A model generated the notes under the pieces. It searched no databases. It had not been told where the DNA came from and saw only the letters and a list, made by a program, of their open reading frames with translations. DNA of 64,000 nucleotides, from positions 310,001-374,000 of the forward strand of contig RSEE01000014.1 in NCBI GenBank assembly GCA_003971905.1, read 5' to 3'. This document shows positions 61,235 to 64,000 of this stretch, one piece after another. Positions within the stretch are counted from its first letter, which is position 1, and every line of letters starts with the position of its first letter. This DNA is from Moniliella sp. 'wahieum'. Taxonomy: Eukaryota. The position numbers and the translations under genes were made by a program.

Positions 61235-64000
61235 ATGAAGGTGCCGCGTCCCTGGGACCTATCCCCGAAAGACTTGGCCAGCATTGCCCAAGCGCCACCA
61301 TCCCAGCGCCCACATCTCATCCGCCAGCTCACCCAAGCCAATCATAACTTCTTCCTCGTCCCATTCCAAGCTGCGTGCGTCTTGCACTCCCCCTCCCCCC
61401 TCCTCTCTCCCTCTCATACTCCCTACTCCCACCGCTGTTGAGGCAGTCACATGCGCATATGCACGTTACTTACCTCCCTTACTCTCCACGCAGATATACA
61501 ATTCTAGAAGTTGTAGCCCTCGTCTTGGTCATCACCTTTCTCGTTCGCTTGATCACCTTTGTCGCGCGGCCTTGGCGCCTGCGCCAACATTCGACCCCAT
61601 TAGCGCAAATGCATTGTCACGGTGGTACCTCAACCAGCTGCTGGAGGCACCCCTGTTCAAAACGCGCCGTGCGACCCCACTGGAACTGGTTCATCGTACC
61701 GTTGTGGTCCGTGTGCCTGGCCGACTCCATTCACTTGCGCTCTTGGCTCTCATCGTGACCAATTTGGTTGCTCTTTTTGCCTTTGCGAACCCTGTGGTGG
61801 ATGCGCCATCAGAACTGTGAGTGGCGAACAAATATCCCCAGACTGTGGTAGGATAAAATTGTGGTGTCTGTGGATGGAAAAAATCTGACCAATTCTGTGA
61901 ACTCTTTTCGGTCCTATGTCCTTCTGTTCCCCTGTATCGGTGTATGGGGGGGGGAGAGCAGAGGATCGGCCAGGCAGCAATATGGGAGAATGTTGCAGTT
62001 GCGCTCGGTGGCGCTGTTAATGGCACAGTTGCCACTGGTATTTGCCCTGGCGGGACGCAACTCGCCCATCGCGTTGATCACAGGCGTAAGTTTCAACACC
62101 TCGATGCTGTACCACCGTTGGTTTGCTCGTCTTATCGTTTTCCACGCGATCGTTCATGGCTCCTCCACAACCTGGCTCAAGCTCCAGACTGGACGGGCTA
62201 GTCTGCAAGAACTGTATGCGTACCCATTTGCCCGCTGGGGAATTACCGCCCTCTGCCTCTTTGTCTCATTTGCTTCATGGCTTATATTCCGATACGGAGG
62301 TATTCGTATGAGGTGCGTCAACTCATTCTCCACATTCGCTCCCCCCCCCCTTTGTCAACAGAGATGTCCTCCCACTCGCATCATTCCCCACTAAAAGGAG
62401 AAGACGAAACAAAAAGTGAGGAAACACATATATATTGTGGTCTAACTCTCTTCTGTCCTATTCATGTGCAGTTTTTTCTCGTGTTCCACATTGTCATGGT
62501 CGCCCTCACCCTCGTCGCACTCTGGAAACACATGGACCTGCAAGGTGTCTCGCGCTACTCGGACTTTTTCTACTACCTTTACACGGCGGTGGCGCTGTGG
62601 TCGATGGAGCGGGTGTGGCGCACGACACGAGTGGTGGGGATGAACCTGGGACGGAACGAGTGGTATGCATGGCAGGACGAGAGCGAACGAACCAAGAAAC
62701 AATGGTACGAAGGGTGGACTTCGCAGGCTGTCTGTCGCACCCTGCCCGACGGTGCAGTGCACGTGCGGATCTACCTGGCTGGCTGGTTGGCGCGCCATTC
62801 GCCTTTGCTCACCGTCAAGGCGGGGCAACACGTGTACCTCAACCTGCCCCTTGTTCAACTGGGCAGCATGCACCCTTTCTCTGTCATCGCCAGTGGACAC
62901 CAGTCGGTCCCCGACAGCCTGCCCGTCTCGTCCCCCGACCCAACTCTTTCCCCAGTACCTCAACGAACCGCCCAACCGTACCTTGATCTGGCCATCATGC
63001 CACAATCTGGGTTCACGCGGCGGCTCACAACCGAGGTCCGTGGCCGTCACCCCGCGCGTTTGCCACACCGGCGTTTGTGGAAGGTCCGTACGGGAGGCCC
63101 GTTGATGCCTCTGGGCACCGCACGCTTGTTCTGCTCGCCGGTGGGATAGGCATCACGCATTGTCTCGCAGTCCTGGTCCACACTCTTACTGGGGTGTGTA
63201 CTGCCCCACCGGTGGAGGAACGCAAAAAAATTGTATTGGTGTGGAGCGTGCGGGACCCGCGGTCATTTGCCCTTCTTCTCCCCTACCTACGATCCTCCTT
63301 GGACAGCATCGCGGATCACGGAAAGTTGTCCGGCCCGGCCCGACTTACGATCAAAGTGTTCCTCACCAGTCCCTGGTCCCCCTCCACGTCCAGCATTCAC
63401 CACGATCGCAAGAGCATGTCAAAAGACGAGATTGGCGTGGCTGCTGGACGTACCGAGGTACCCCCTGGACCAAGCGCCGACATGCAAAGAAAGAAGGAGA
63501 TTCAGGGCCAAGAAGGCGTTGAAATGGTGGTCGATCTCGGCTCGGACGGGGAAGAGACGTACGCCGTGCACGGTGACGAAGCCACAAGACACGAAACTGT
63601 GGGCAACCGCCAGGCACACCCGTTCCACCTCCGTCGTGCACGCACCTTCTGCGTCCGACGCTACACTTTCTTCCGTCTTCCTTTCCTTTCCCATGGATGG
63701 TCGGATGCACGCTCTGCAGCTCCAACTGAAGACAAAAAGGACGAGGCAACCAAAATGGGGATCCCACCTGCTTTGCTCAAGGTGTTGATAGAAGAGTCCC
63801 ATGTGTCGAAAAAGGACTTGGCACTGCTGGAGGCGCATTCTGCCTTGTTTTTTGAGCTGGGAAAAGGCCTGATTTTGTTCAAGAGATGGCGACGGCCATC
63901 CCTGCTGGCGAAAGGAACGTCTTGGTTACCGCCTGTGGTGCACCGGCCTTTTCAGATTCTGTCCGTAACGCCGTTCGGCAAGTACGCTCAATAAGCCATT
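61235..64000 (+). CDS. Ferric reductase (FRE/NOX-like), 3' end beyond window; start uncertain
   Basis: LAGRNSPIALITGVSFN..YHRWFAR..HAIVH heme motifs, FLVFHI..WKH, FAD-binding HPFS, EGPYG, LLAGGIGIT, VWSVR. Introns from ~61817 and ~62312-62471. Confidence 0.9.

Overview
GC-rich, gene-dense eukaryotic DNA with few short spliceosomal introns (GT..CTRAC..AG). It is most likely a basidiomycete fungus, possibly smut-related (inference from protein sequences and gene compactness). Left to right: a near-complete Ty1/copia LTR retrotransposon (1-5424, minus), UPRT/FUR1, an intronless bacterial-type arginase-family gene, a metacaspase, a bZIP factor, MCM5, a secreted alpha/beta-hydrolase, TAF2 with three C-terminal bromodomains, a PPG1-like phosphatase, AIP1, ARB1/ABCF2, FRG1, three intron-containing tRNAs (2x Arg-CCG, Pro-CGG), an orphan low-complexity ORF, glutathione reductase, DID4/VPS2, SAM decarboxylase, POP3-like, ERV29/SURF4, BUD6/AIP3, an LRR-RhoGEF and a ferric reductase that runs off the right end. 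Most genes carry frameshifts. Those I could reconstruct are single-base losses in homopolymer runs, which points to an unpolished long-read assembly rather than pseudogenes, so CDS boundaries are approximate. I found no clear multi-gene novel system. The best leads are the putative HGT arginase, a Pro-stop uORF plus hairpin upstream of SAM decarboxylase, tandem PPT copies inside the retrotransposon pol, and a window-wide class of intergenic period-7 palindromic microrepeats.
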